Below are positions 52,283-64,000 of a stretch of 64,000 nucleotides of DNA, in pieces (the stretch's first letter is position 1; each line of letters opens with the position of its first letter). The stretch comes from Diadema antillarum (lineage: Eukaryota): assembly GCF_040938485.1 (NCBI RefSeq), contig NW_027272421.1:124001-188000 (forward strand). The letters are read 5' to 3'. The notes under the pieces are model-generated. The model searched no databases and had not been told where the DNA came from. It saw nothing but the letters and a program-made list of their open reading frames with translations. Both the position numbers and the translations under genes were made by a program.

Positions 52283-55200
52283 ATTATGTATATTATTATA
52301 CCTTCACTGTCACTGAGATCACACAGTCATACTCACCACTGTACTGTATACCTGTGCTCCTTTTCCACATCTTTTTGCTTGAGGCGCTTTTGCTTGGTAG
52401 TTCGACAAGTTCTTGATGGATCTGCACATTCCGCTTGGTATCAGTCAGTGTGTTCACCGGACCATGTTGAACGCATTCATTCAGTGCAGTCATCGATGTA
52501 CATTCTCCGTGCATTTGTGGAATAGTGACGTCTTCTTCAGGCGGTTAGGCATGACACAATGATGAGTGTGATTGTGCCACCCTCCACCAACTATGCTCTG
52601 ATAGTGCATACCGTCACAGAGTAAAGTTGAAAACAGGCGACTTTATAGACAGATATTTTATCAGCATCATATATTTTCATGGTGACGGGTCACACTTATA
52701 CCTTGCAAAGAGTGCCAGTTTGGTTCAATTATTTTATGATGAGTTTTATTGCAAAGCGAGTTAACTCCGTTCTTTTCAATTCGAGATATTTGTGATTAAA
52801 CCAGCTAACAAAACAAAGATGATAATAAGAATATGTTGGATATTTGAAATCATAAATTCAAGTTTATTCATTGTAATGTAACAACTGGGGTATCAATGAA
52901 ATGATCTTCTTTTGCTCTATGTGATGGTGGAAATACTGTGAAATGTTTGAAAATGGCCCTTAGCTTAGTTTTGCGATCAATCTCTTCATATTTTCTATGG
53001 GCCCTGACCGTCCCGCGAACTGTATGTTACGGCATAACATGCCTAGCAGTTTTTTTCACAGTGTTTGCAAATAATCTTCGAAAGTAGACAAGATTTCCTT
53101 CTTATTCTCGTAGAGCCAAGCGATGCAATAAGAGGGATGGCGACAGTTTGCAACTGTACATCAGGTAGAATTCAGAGTACATCGACCAGCTTGCGGATCA
53201 GAAGCATCGCGCACACAGTGCGGTTGTCATAGCAACGCTCTGTGATGACAGCATGCACTGTATATTGGAATTCGTAAATGATAACGGTGTGTGGCATGTA
53301 GTGTATGAATGACGATCAGATCCACGGATCTGCGTTGTAGCTCCATAATCAGACCTAGGGTTCGAATCACACATGTCATACTGAGCATCGAGAGGTTCGG
53401 ACGAGTGGATAACAAAAATGTTTGAGTGCGACTGTACCATGAAGAGTGAGGATAGGGCCTGCAATCTTCGAAGTTTTCCTTAAAAAGGTGCGATTGTCAC
53501 TGCTTGTCCTGTATAGTGTATCGGGCACATACGTTGTGGTCTTGGGCATACAGGATCCGGTAGTCTGACTTTCAAGAAATTAATTAAGGTATATATATCA
53601 CCAATCTTCAGCGAATATGTTACAGTGCAATTGTCGTTTCATTTTTGTTTGATTGCCTTGCTTGAGGGGATATTTTGTCCCTAGTAATAATTTTTGCTTC
53701 GCGAGATGCATGTAACGCATGATAAGCTCCCTGGTTGCTCTTTGGAATCCCCGGGATTTTGACTTGTGAATTGTTAACAGCCCTGGTGTCAATATAGGCG
53801 CAAGCAAGGAATTCAAGTTCACAGTGACGACCCAGGGAATTTAGAAGATCAGGAACTGCCGGGTGGAAAACACTTACGAGCAGATTCTTCGAGACAGTAG
53901 GGGTTAATGTCGGGAGGACGACCCGAGCATCGACGTGCGATGACGCGCCTCCCTGCCACGCATCCGTGGCGAATTTTGTTTTCTTGTGTACACCCATTCG
54001 CGACCTCGAACATGTTCGGTGAGATCCCCTTTGCTGCCACTCTATCGTCAGCCCCATTCTTCATCTTCTTTCCCCATCATCCATTGCTGACGAGCGAATA
54101 CCAGCTCGGGTCGAGAGAAGTGCCGAGAGGGTGGTGGGCTCACGCACGCACACCTCAAGTCATGTCGGAATGGAACGAGTGATCAATCGATGAAAATCGG
54201 TGAATTGATCAGGGAAAAAATCAGTTAGACGCTCACAGAATTTGAGCAACATCGCACTATTTCGTAACGAAAGCACTTTACTCCTTTCTGCCGTCTAGCT
54301 GGCGCATAAGAGATACCAAGTCTGTGAGCCTTCTACACTGTCATTTCCATTCATCGCTCATCCTTAATCTGGTCCTAGGACAATATTTTTCTCCTTAGAA
54401 TGTACTTTTCAGTTTATGTGCAGTGTATTCTGTGTTAGAAATGTGCAGCTAAGTATAGATCCTACTAGGCAAAATATGTCGTGCACTGAAGGGTTTTCGT
54501 ATTGATATAGTATCATAATATTTTCATGATTATGATATTTATAAACTTACCATCATGTTCCTCACGCCATTGGCTCCCTTCAAAGTATTTGTAATACATT
54601 TGAAATGACAACGTCTTTGTCGACGTGCATTGCGGAGAGGTTCCACTGCAGAAAACCCATTGGTGAAAATTGTTCTTGTAATAGTGGCTAGCTCTTCAGA
54701 GTGCATCGAAACATTTTCGTCTAATATAAAATGAACTCGATAATAATCGAGATGCTAAAGCAGGTTTAGATACAAGATTTTCTTGTACAAGTTCATAATC
54801 ATGGTCTTCTAGTACCTTTTTAGACATTTGTAATTTGATTTTACAGGGAAAAAAAAACACATCTCCTTTTGTTCCAGCAATCTGTAACGAATTTTGAATT
54901 ACAGTACTTGTTAGAATGAGACGAACCGTAGTATCTCAAGTAAAATTTGAGTCATTTTTTTCATCATTTGTATTGAGAGCACATTCAACACTTCTAGGAG
55001 AAGAGGAGTGGCGACGTATGTAGAAAGCTAGCTTTCACGTGGGGCCCAAAACGGCCATGCTGTCGGGTCGTTCTGTAAATCGACTGCCGTAATGTTGATG
55101 GATTAAGGCCAACTGTTTACGTCATTGTGCGATATTTAGTTTAATTATTGCAGCCAGCCGACGTTTACCGTGTGTTTACACTCGCCGCCGGTGCGAGCTT

Positions 55201-58196
55201 TTTCTGAAATCAGACATCTCATTAATGTTTCACATTAACCAGCACATGACAGCGAAGCTGCTTGGGAAGGGGAGGGGTCGTCACATCGCAGTAATACTGC
55301 TCATCATTGCTCTTGTACCACATACTGACTGATGTACACATACATACATGTACATAAATCCATAACCACCAATCGATCTTTCAAGATACTTAAGTAAGAT
55401 TTCAAGATTTTTGTTTAAATCAAGTTTATGACCAGAAGTTTTGATTTGCTTTATTAGCCTTTCAGGAAAAAAAAAGAGTTTAGAATGATATTTTATGGTG
55501 CAGTTGTGAAGCCTTGAAGCTTACAAAGTGCATATTTAATTCATTCCAACTCATAAAATTCAAATTGTTTTGAGATGTGATGTTCCAAACACATTTTGAA
55601 ATTGAACTTACTAAAATTGCACTGGTCTTGTCTATCGTCAACTTAATTGAGTGATGTATGAAATAGGTAATCAATGGCATATTAATTTGAAGAGATTTGT
55701 GATGTATAAACTGCGATTGTAGAAGTACACATAAACACTATAAAGATCCTCGTTGTCTGTTAATGCAGATGAATTGAGATATGTTTGCTCAAAATGCAGT
55801 TTTAGTATACGTTGCTTATGCATGTACACACAACTGTATGTTTCAGCACGAATTTCAGCAAGAACACTTTATTACACCCAGTCAAATTTTGCTTCCGTAA
55901 ATAATTATATTGGAATGAGAATTCATGCTGTATAATTGAGTGCGGTTGTCTTCTTTCAAGAACTGAGTTATTTTCTGATGGCACTGTTCCAAGGTATGAT
56001 TACCAAGGCTCTCTATCGCCAACATTTCCCCGCTGTTGTCTCTAATTTTTGTTTGAACGTAATCTACGGCGTGCTTCTTTCTCTTCTCACGTCATAATCC
56101 AGGCGATGCAGTGTGATTAATGACATTATCACGTCTTGAGATTAACTTTTTCTTTTTTTAATTTTCAAAATATGATGAAGAAAAAAGGGGAGGAAAAATT
56201 TCACGGGTAGAGATTACGCTCGGCTACAACGTGTGGCCCCAGTGCCCATGGTCAGACACTGATCTCGTCAATTTCAACGGATGATACCGCGTGCCCACAC
56301 GTCGGGGACTTCTGATCCGTACCGATCTTTGCTCTTATTTCACTCTTTTCTCGGAATATCACGCAAGTTAGACTTGGAGCAGGGAGGAGGAGGGGGGGGG
56401 GGGTGAAGCAAAATCGGAGAACGCCTCTACAGCCTTGGCCTTGATCTGCAAGTTACCCCCCCCCCCCCCCAAGAAATGAGCTGTGGCAATACGAAAAGAC
56501 AGGGAACATTTTATATGCATTAAGTTTTAGGTATATTGTGTATGTAGGCCAATATGAAATATTAGCCAAAGACAAAAGAAAAGGATGAAAATAATGTATA
56601 CCTTTATAATGCGCATCTTCACCTTTCGAAGCACTGCTGAGGAAGTGGCACTACATGTATTATTCTCCCTTTTATTTAAGTTTTTAATTCAATTTTAAGT
56701 TTTTCACCTCTTGATATCTTTCTATATATGAAATATATATATAATCAGACATAATTTATATATTATGATATGTTTGTATAGTATGATATGTTTGTATAGT
56801 ATGATTACATATAACTGTAAGGAGATATAGATATATTAATGTTTGTAAATGGGCATTATATTTTGTATGTATTCGACGTCCCTGGGTGTTGACTGCATCA
56901 CGACGAGACCATCATAATGAATAACATTTCTACTATCACACTGTATATAAAGAGATGCTATATACTGTAAAATCTCAACCAAAAATATTGGCTTTCTGTG
57001 TTCGCACGTGACTTTTACCGTTATGATATCATGCATAATATCCGTGAATTCGACTTGCCTTGCTGTGTAATATTTCGTATATTTCGAGATGCACTTTCAT
57101 GGATCAGACTCCGAAAAGGTCGAGAGACTTCTTGCTGTACCAAAAGGACTTTGAAGAAAATCCTGACTCCAAATAATTGGGCGAGAACCGTCATCTCATC
57201 AAATTAAATTCGACACTCGCATACAGGAAAAGCCCCGTCTTAGGGGATGACTGCCAAATCGATACTATGTCCGAAACAGCTTCTTTTGGAACCGAGAAAC
57301 CGTATGTCTGGTTTTACCCGAATGTTTGCCCAAGCTTTGTGCCGTAAAGGCGCTCTCCGGTTCGTATTTATTTTAGCAAGGGGAGAAAGTCGGTTAGTGG
57401 AATTGCGACCCACTCCGGGTAGTCGGTATTGGATTGAATGCACCGTGTGGAATAATTCGGATAATTAATTCGATATTGGAAATTGCAGAGTGACGTTGAT
57501 CTGTATACGCGCGCGCTTCCATGACTGCATATTGGCGAGTGCAATCTCAAAGCGCGCGGTTGTCCGTCAGATTGTTTGGTTAGCTTTAGCCTTTGAACTT
57601 GTCGGTACAAGTTGAAATATTTGACTAATATTAGCATGTATATTGAGGAATTAGTAGATGGCAAATGATTTGAATATATAACTGTACAGAGTGGCAAGCT
57701 AGAACATCTCCCGCCAGTCCTTGGCATGTTGACATTTCTTCGCTTCATACATTCTTGTATTCTGTTCTATTTGTCCCAGTTCTGTCTTTGTCTTCTTGTT
57801 CTTGTTACGATTCCTCAGCAGACGCGAAACGAAAAGACTTCCAATAGCTTACATGTACAAGTGAGACCGACAATTTCTCCAATGGAGGGTTGGTACTATA
57901 ATGATACTCGTTTGCACACCGAATTTGACTTACAGAACCCGAGTTCAGATTAGCAAGTCCACAGAAAATTATCCCCCAGAATTATCACTGTCATGTCAAG
58001 AAATTGAAACAATTTACTTGTTGACAATATAATATCGAAATATCAAAATATGAATGAGTGCGAGTAAGATCCACGCTAAAGGAGGCATTTCAGGATTTAG
58101 ATGAATTCAAAGAACCGAGAGGAAGAGTTTCCAAGTATTGAGGGACGGCATGTTCCAGATTGGTTTGGATACTCCCTTAGTACTTAGGTATACCAA

Positions 58197-58479
58197 TTAC
58201 CATGGAACTACAATAGCTTCATAGGTATTTTACCATGGAACTATAATAGCTTCATATCTTACCATGGAACTACAATAGCTTCATAGGTATTTTACCATGC
58301 AAATACAATAGCTTCAAAGGTATTCTTACCATGGAACTACAATAGCTTTATAGGTATTTTACCATGGAACTACAATAGCTTCATAGGCATGATAGGTATT
58401 CTTACCATGGAACTACAATAGCTTCAGTAGCTTCATGGCGGCTTCGGTAGCTTCATGGGTGTATACCATGGAGCTACAA
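58197..58479. repeat. Minisatellite, ~33-bp unit TTACCATGGAACTACAATAGCTTCATAGGTATT, about 7.5 copies
   Basis: Directly visible tandem units with small indels and substitutions. Confidence 0.92.
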
Positions 58480-60071
58480 CACACCTCCAAGCCATTGGTA
58501 TACATAACTTACGTTCAAATATTCCGCACGTGTACACGGACGAGAAGGAAAGAATAAAAGCATTGGCGGCAACGAATTCGTTCGAGTCCAGTCGCTCGTC
58601 GTGGAGCGCCGGACGAGAATGCGATGATGATGGAGCCGGGGAAGCGGAGGGTGACACACCGGCTTCACGGGGGGCTGGTCAAAGGAGAAAGCCGCCATCG
58701 CGACCACAATAATAATACATACAACCACTCAAGGCAGTTCATCATGTGTGGATTTGGAGAGGAGCTTTCGGCATGGGCGTGTCGTCATGACATTGGCAAT
58801 TTCATGAAAAGGGATGAAAACAGACGTGTCACTCTTGCAAGACTTTTGCAATTTCACGCTGAACATCCTCACTCATGTGGACATACTATACTTATGAAAT
58901 TATTTAGAACAAAATATATAGAGATAACAAAAGGATGCTTCAGCAGTTTCATTGTCTGACTTTTCGCGAATCAGGGTGATAGATTATTTCCGACGGCAGT
59001 TATTCCATTTTCATCAATGATGATTTCATTGTAGCATACAGATGTGTATGATGTAACTACATGTAAATGTTACGAAATTAATTAATACAGTCGAGTAGGT
59101 TATAATAATAATATTCAATATAACGAGACAAGTCGTGGCCAGGTCATTGCCATCAGTGACATATTATGCTATAGGTTATCTTCGAAAGCTGCAAAATGTC
59201 ATCTGATTAAGGCAAACACCCATCCTCCTCCCTTCCTTCCACCCTACGAAAATAACGAAAGAAATTGAAGATATAAAGAAATACTAAAAAAACGAAACAT
59301 ACGAAATCACGTATTGCCAACTCACCAAGCCTTGACACCGCACGTTGGATGACGATAGTTTGCCCATTGAGAAAAAGGAAGGAATATAAAGGCTGGAGAA
59401 AGATGGAATATTCAAAAGGGAAGAGAGGGGAGAGAAAATAGAGAGATGGGGGGGGTAAGGAGGAGGAAAAGGGGGAGGGGAATCTATTAAGCGACTGACA
59501 TTGGTCTTGACACTGTGGGAACAGGTGAAGAAGGATTGGGCTTAAACGCTGGAAGAACAACATCAATTTGCGATGGAGTGTGGAGGGCGCAATATTTACC
59601 ATCTGCCGGAGTCTCGTGTGAAATCCATCAGGACTCTTCTCATATAATATAAGTTTCTCCCAGCTAACACCATACAAACAGAATGCGTCAGCATGATGTT
59701 CACAGCTCAGTCGGATTTTCTTGCATGAGTACCGTCCAAGCTCTATACTGTAACACACATCTTTTTCTTTTCTTTTCTTTTTGCAGACAATCGCCATGAT
59801 TATCAATCTGCCATTTTCTTTAATGCGACTTTTGTAAACTTGTAAGACACAAATTGACCCTCATCTTATAGTAAAGCTCAAGGGTGTCCTGTCAGTGGTA
59901 ATTGAAATAAACATAGGCAGATTCAGTTCTCTATTATGCTGAAGTATTGAGACGGATAATGATATGTTTGTCCGATCTGTGACTGCACCATGCATGTTTT
60001 TTCATATTTCACGTCACATTTGACGTAATCGCTCTTCTCTTTCTCTCTGTCTATCTATAGTTCTATTCATC

Positions 60072-60120
<49 letters not shown>

Positions 60121-60138
60121 TTATCTATCTATCTATCT
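60072..60138. repeat. (TCTA)n microsatellite
   Basis: Visible directly. Confidence 0.92.
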
Positions 60139-60631
60139 TGCCAAAGTGAAACTCGGTGACATACAATCCAAAAAATGAAACATGATTGTTTTCCCAACGT
60201 CGGGAAACCCTTTTAGGCAAATCTTCTTGATTGAACATTATTATAGGGTCAGGAGACTGGAATTTAGTTGATTAATTTGTTTCCGATCATGGCGAGTTTT
60301 CTAATGATAGAAAAATGGCTGCACTTTTATTTGATGGAAAAGTTCGATTTCGTTAGATTTCTAGTCTGAATTTCTGAATTAGTTACGAGGATGTGACATG
60401 ACACTAGATATCGAGAAAAAAAATGAACATTTTTTACCATCAAACATCTTACAGGAGATAGACACCTCCACGGATATCAGTATGCGGGACTGACAGGTAG
60501 AAATTGTTTCGTTTCTTGTAGGTATACCACGAGATTTTTACTATCCGTGACTATAAAGGCTGCATACATGTCACTGCGTTCATATTTAACTTTTTTTTTT
60601 TCTGAGGATCTCGAGAGAATGTCGTCTGCCT

Positions 60632-60996
60632 TTAAAGGGGATGGCTAGTAACAGATCAGTGGGAGTCGGTGGGAATGCTGAGGGATGATTGTTCCAATCC
60701 TTGTGGGATTTATTTAAGAGTACATTATATATCTACTGTTGTGTGAAAATTATTTGCTTCAAAACGGTCTCATATTCAAGTGATGTGCAGATTAATGCCC
60801 CGTCACTGACCAGGGACGCTTACCTGGAAACATTAAACTGCACATTACTTGAATAGGAGACCATTCTGAAGCAAATAATTTTCACACAAGAATAGATATA
60901 TAGTGTACTCTTAAATGAATCCCACAAGGATTGGAACAATCATCCTCAAGCATTCTCACTGATTCCCACTGATCAGTTACTAGCCATCCCCTTTAA
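60632..60996. mobile_element. TTAA-TSD fold-back MITE with ~160-bp near-perfect arms
   Basis: TTAA|AGGGGATGGCTAGTAAC at left and GTTACTAGCCATCCCCT|TTAA at right; arms roughly 90% complementary by eye, with a ~30-nt loop. Confidence 0.92.
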
Positions 60997-63900
60997 AGCG
61001 ATGACTCATCTCTTACAATTACTTCGACACTCGCTTTACTGCCATTACACTACGGCAACGATTTTCAATTTTCACTCCGTCAAAGAGATGACGTATATAT
61101 ACGTTTTACGCCCTGGTGCTTGACGAAAAAAAAAAGAACACCCAGATATGTATAAGAATGAGAATACGTGGTGCATTTGTCTCGATAGCTGCTTAACCCA
61201 TTCTCACCATTGATTAAGAATGTGTGGGCATGGACATCAGTGCCGGATATGCATGTGACTGTTCGCGAATTTTTCCTTGTCAACGGAAGGAATCGATGAG
61301 TTAAGAATAATCTATTTTGGAACATTGCAGAAGACATAGATAAAGGGATCCAATGACGCTCTGGGTCACAGGACAGCACTCTATTTGCCTGTTTGTTTGT
61401 TAATTAACAACTTTATTTGTTTGTTTGTTTGTTTGTCGTTTGAAGATTTTAATGTTTAGTCGGTACATTACCTGTGAGAGTTTTGTATTTGTTTGGCGCG
61501 GGATTGCTGTTATATTATTATGACTATTCATGCGATGAGATTTGTGGGGAGGTATGAAAATTCGGGAATGAACGTGTGGAAGGTTCAAATGTGGCTGTCT
61601 TATTAATTTTGCAATAAATCAAGATATATTTGACATCATTTTGAAGAACTTGATGCTTGAATACGTGACATCGACTTTGTTTCATTTTGGGCAAAATCTT
61701 AGTTAAGGCCAAGGGGAGAAAGGTGTAAGTAAATAACTTCTGAAGTTTCATTATGTTCACAGTGTATTTGTGAAGAAGTATATAACTACATTCGGCTAAA
61801 TTTTGTCAAAGCTGATTTATGGATAATTGATAGAAAATGATGGACTGAAGTCAAAAATGAGGGGGTGATAGGATGCAAATATACCCTACATAGATCCACG
61901 TTCTGTTTGGGTTTGGTCAAACACAACTCGAGTTGCGGAGGTGTATCAGTTCTTACATCATTTCAAATGTTGCTATGCTTATTTTTTTTTTTTCTGGGGG
62001 GGGGGGGGATGGCATATTTTTATGGCGCTATATAATGAGCTTTTCATTAAGAATTCACTGTTTTTCGCCAAAGTTGTACCCAGGAAGTTTGGCTCTTTTT
62101 TTTTTGTCAGTGCAGCAATGAAGGTCATTCAGTAATATCAAGCCTTCCATTTATCGGCACGGCCGAATAATGAGATATGATGGTTTAACTGACATGGACT
62201 GTGACCCCAGAGTTAAGATTAAATCATGAGAATCGAATCTTTGAGACACATTTCAAAATTTGCGAATGCGGCAAACGCTGGCCACCTCCCTGGTCAGAGG
62301 TATCAGAGCTAGGCTTCGAACCGATTCTATATTCTGGCTCCTAGTCCACTTAACCGCTTGAACTTCATTACTGCACTACCTATCGGTATGGTCTGTGCGT
62401 TTGTGTTATAGCTCCATAGTGTGCATGAAGGTAATAGTGGCGCCAAAGAGGTACTAGGCTTGCACACTGTACCTCCTTGGTTACGCAGGTATTTTCTTTT
62501 TTATCTCACAAAGGAATTTGATGCTTTCGATGGGATGCACGCTGAGAGAGGTGGAAAGAGACACCTCGCTGGGATGCTGGTAACGAAATAGATAAAAGGG
62601 GTCAGCGCTATTGAACGTAGGTCACCGGACAATGGCTTATTCAGACTGGATTCGAGAGAGGTAGAAATCGTTTAGGCGGGAAGCGACGAGTGATCTATCT
62701 GTGGAGATGCCCGCACCGTCTGGACGATCAAACGTCGCATCAGCTGTTCGTCCGTAAGCTGCGATCTGTCTCAATTTAAAGATCATCAGAGAGCGAATCG
62801 CATACCCGGAGTCGTGGCGTGATGACTCAAAAAAGTTCGCTCAGTTTGCCAGAGAAAGTGAGAAAGGAGGGGAAAACAGAGAGATAGAAAGGGAGAGAGT
62901 GAGTGTGTCGAGGCCAGAAAAAAAAAGGCAAGGAGAGGCTCACCGTATCAATGTAATGTGAGTAATGTTAAGTGCTTGTTTACAACATGAGAGACGCTTT
63001 GCAGAAAGCAGACTTTCAGAGGGTCATCTCAGCCGTTTCTTAATATGTTTCTATGATCTGTTTTCAGGTTGATGTACATTTTGTCCCATGTAACCGTGGT
63101 GCGTACGGAAAAAAAAAAGTTACAAATTACAGCATTAAGAATGCCATTACCTTGTCTATTGTATAAAAGCAACATGAAATTATTTTTTCCTCGTCAATTA
63201 TACCCAAATCACAATTTTAGTTCCCTTCAAGGTCACCGACAGTAATTCGATACCACTCCAGATTAATTCGATGTGGAGGATGACAATTCTTCTTCTTGAA
63301 TTTAAATTTAAAGCGAAACATTGATATAGTAAAGTTTTATTTCCCAGAAAAAAAAATACAAAACTTGTGCGATCATGACATCATCACAATATCTATACTT
63401 TCTGTATTTGATTTTTCTGGCAAAACGTGTAAAATTTTCGTACTTTTTTGTATTTCATATCCCTAAAACCACCACAACGTCACTACTGAGTTGATGCATG
63501 TATCTGATTTTGAAGCGATCTTTCGAGTAATATGTATGCGGACACTTCAAAAGATCATTGTACAGGTAGTTTTGGGGTTATTGTCTTCACCCTATCATTG
63601 TCTAGCCAACGCTAATACACATTTATAAATCTCATATTATATTGGACTCAATATCACTGTGATGAAAGATCGTTGTGGTACTTTTGATCTTGTTTACACC
63701 GCCATGTAAAAACAACGATTGTAGTTCTTTGAATAGTATACACTAGGGACATTAATCATGCCAAACACAATATTGTCTACTTCACAAACCTTCAAAAGCA
63801 AAATGAGATTTCAATGAGGAGGGGTTTTTTTTACTGCGTTCTAAACTTTTCTCAATGACTACTCGTGCTCCTCCTGCGTAATGAAGACAGTTATATTAAT

Positions 63901-64000
63901 GACCCGTGACAATTTAATTGGCCTATCGGTAAACACACAACAGGTGAACATCCGGGAATCTTTAATACGCGCGTGGCCTCGCCAACAGTGAACATTCATG

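Larger units (their letters stand above)
43419..64000 (+). other. Putative intron 2 of Tbx1 (partial, at least 20.5 kb unless exon 3 lies in the N gap)
   Basis: GTAAGA donor at 43419. A manual scan for an R-M-F-P coding exon found none downstream. Confidence 0.6.

Noticed and set aside
53290-53370. tRNA/SINE (GGGTTCGAATC)
   Set aside because: B-box-like only; A-box and stems not convincing. The similar hint at 62290-62370 was also left uncalled.
58197-58479. CRISPR-like array
   Set aside because: Units are directly tandem with no unique spacers, there are no cas genes and the context is eukaryotic; it is a minisatellite.
59207-59806. 199-aa minus-strand ORF
   Set aside because: No recognisable domain, crosses low-complexity purine tracts, no supporting splice structure.
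63068-63110. Exon 3 candidate after TTTTCAG acceptor
   Set aside because: Translates LMYILSHVTVVRT, not the RMFP T-box continuation.

Overview
Eukaryotic, AT-rich, intron-dominated DNA. It is most likely sea urchin/echinoderm, inferred from the MITE families and the TAGGCCTA overabundance, not proven. The one well-supported gene is the 5' part of a Tbx1/10-type T-box transcription factor on the + strand. Coding exon 1 (17219-17456) carries an EH1/Groucho-type motif LSPRANAFSIASLI. It splices in phase 1 across a ~25.6 kb intron to exon 2 (43043-43418), which encodes the T-box start [34 protein letters not shown] found no exon 3 (RMFP...) before the window ends. The rest is regulatory-looking DNA with CpG-rich patches, poly-G/C strings, microsatellites, a 33-bp minisatellite, two assembly gaps and many non-autonomous DNA transposons (TTAA-TSD fold-back MITEs, one nested; an AAAT-TSD TIR element). 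There are also two conspicuous stand-alone hairpins. Nearly all other ORFs in the track look spurious. No prokaryote-type system (CRISPR, operon, defence island) is supported. The best leads are a possible EH1-containing versus EH1-less Tbx1 isoform switch, a possible divergent spliced transcript, the hairpins and the TAGGCCTA motif. All counts were made by eye and all functional claims are inference.
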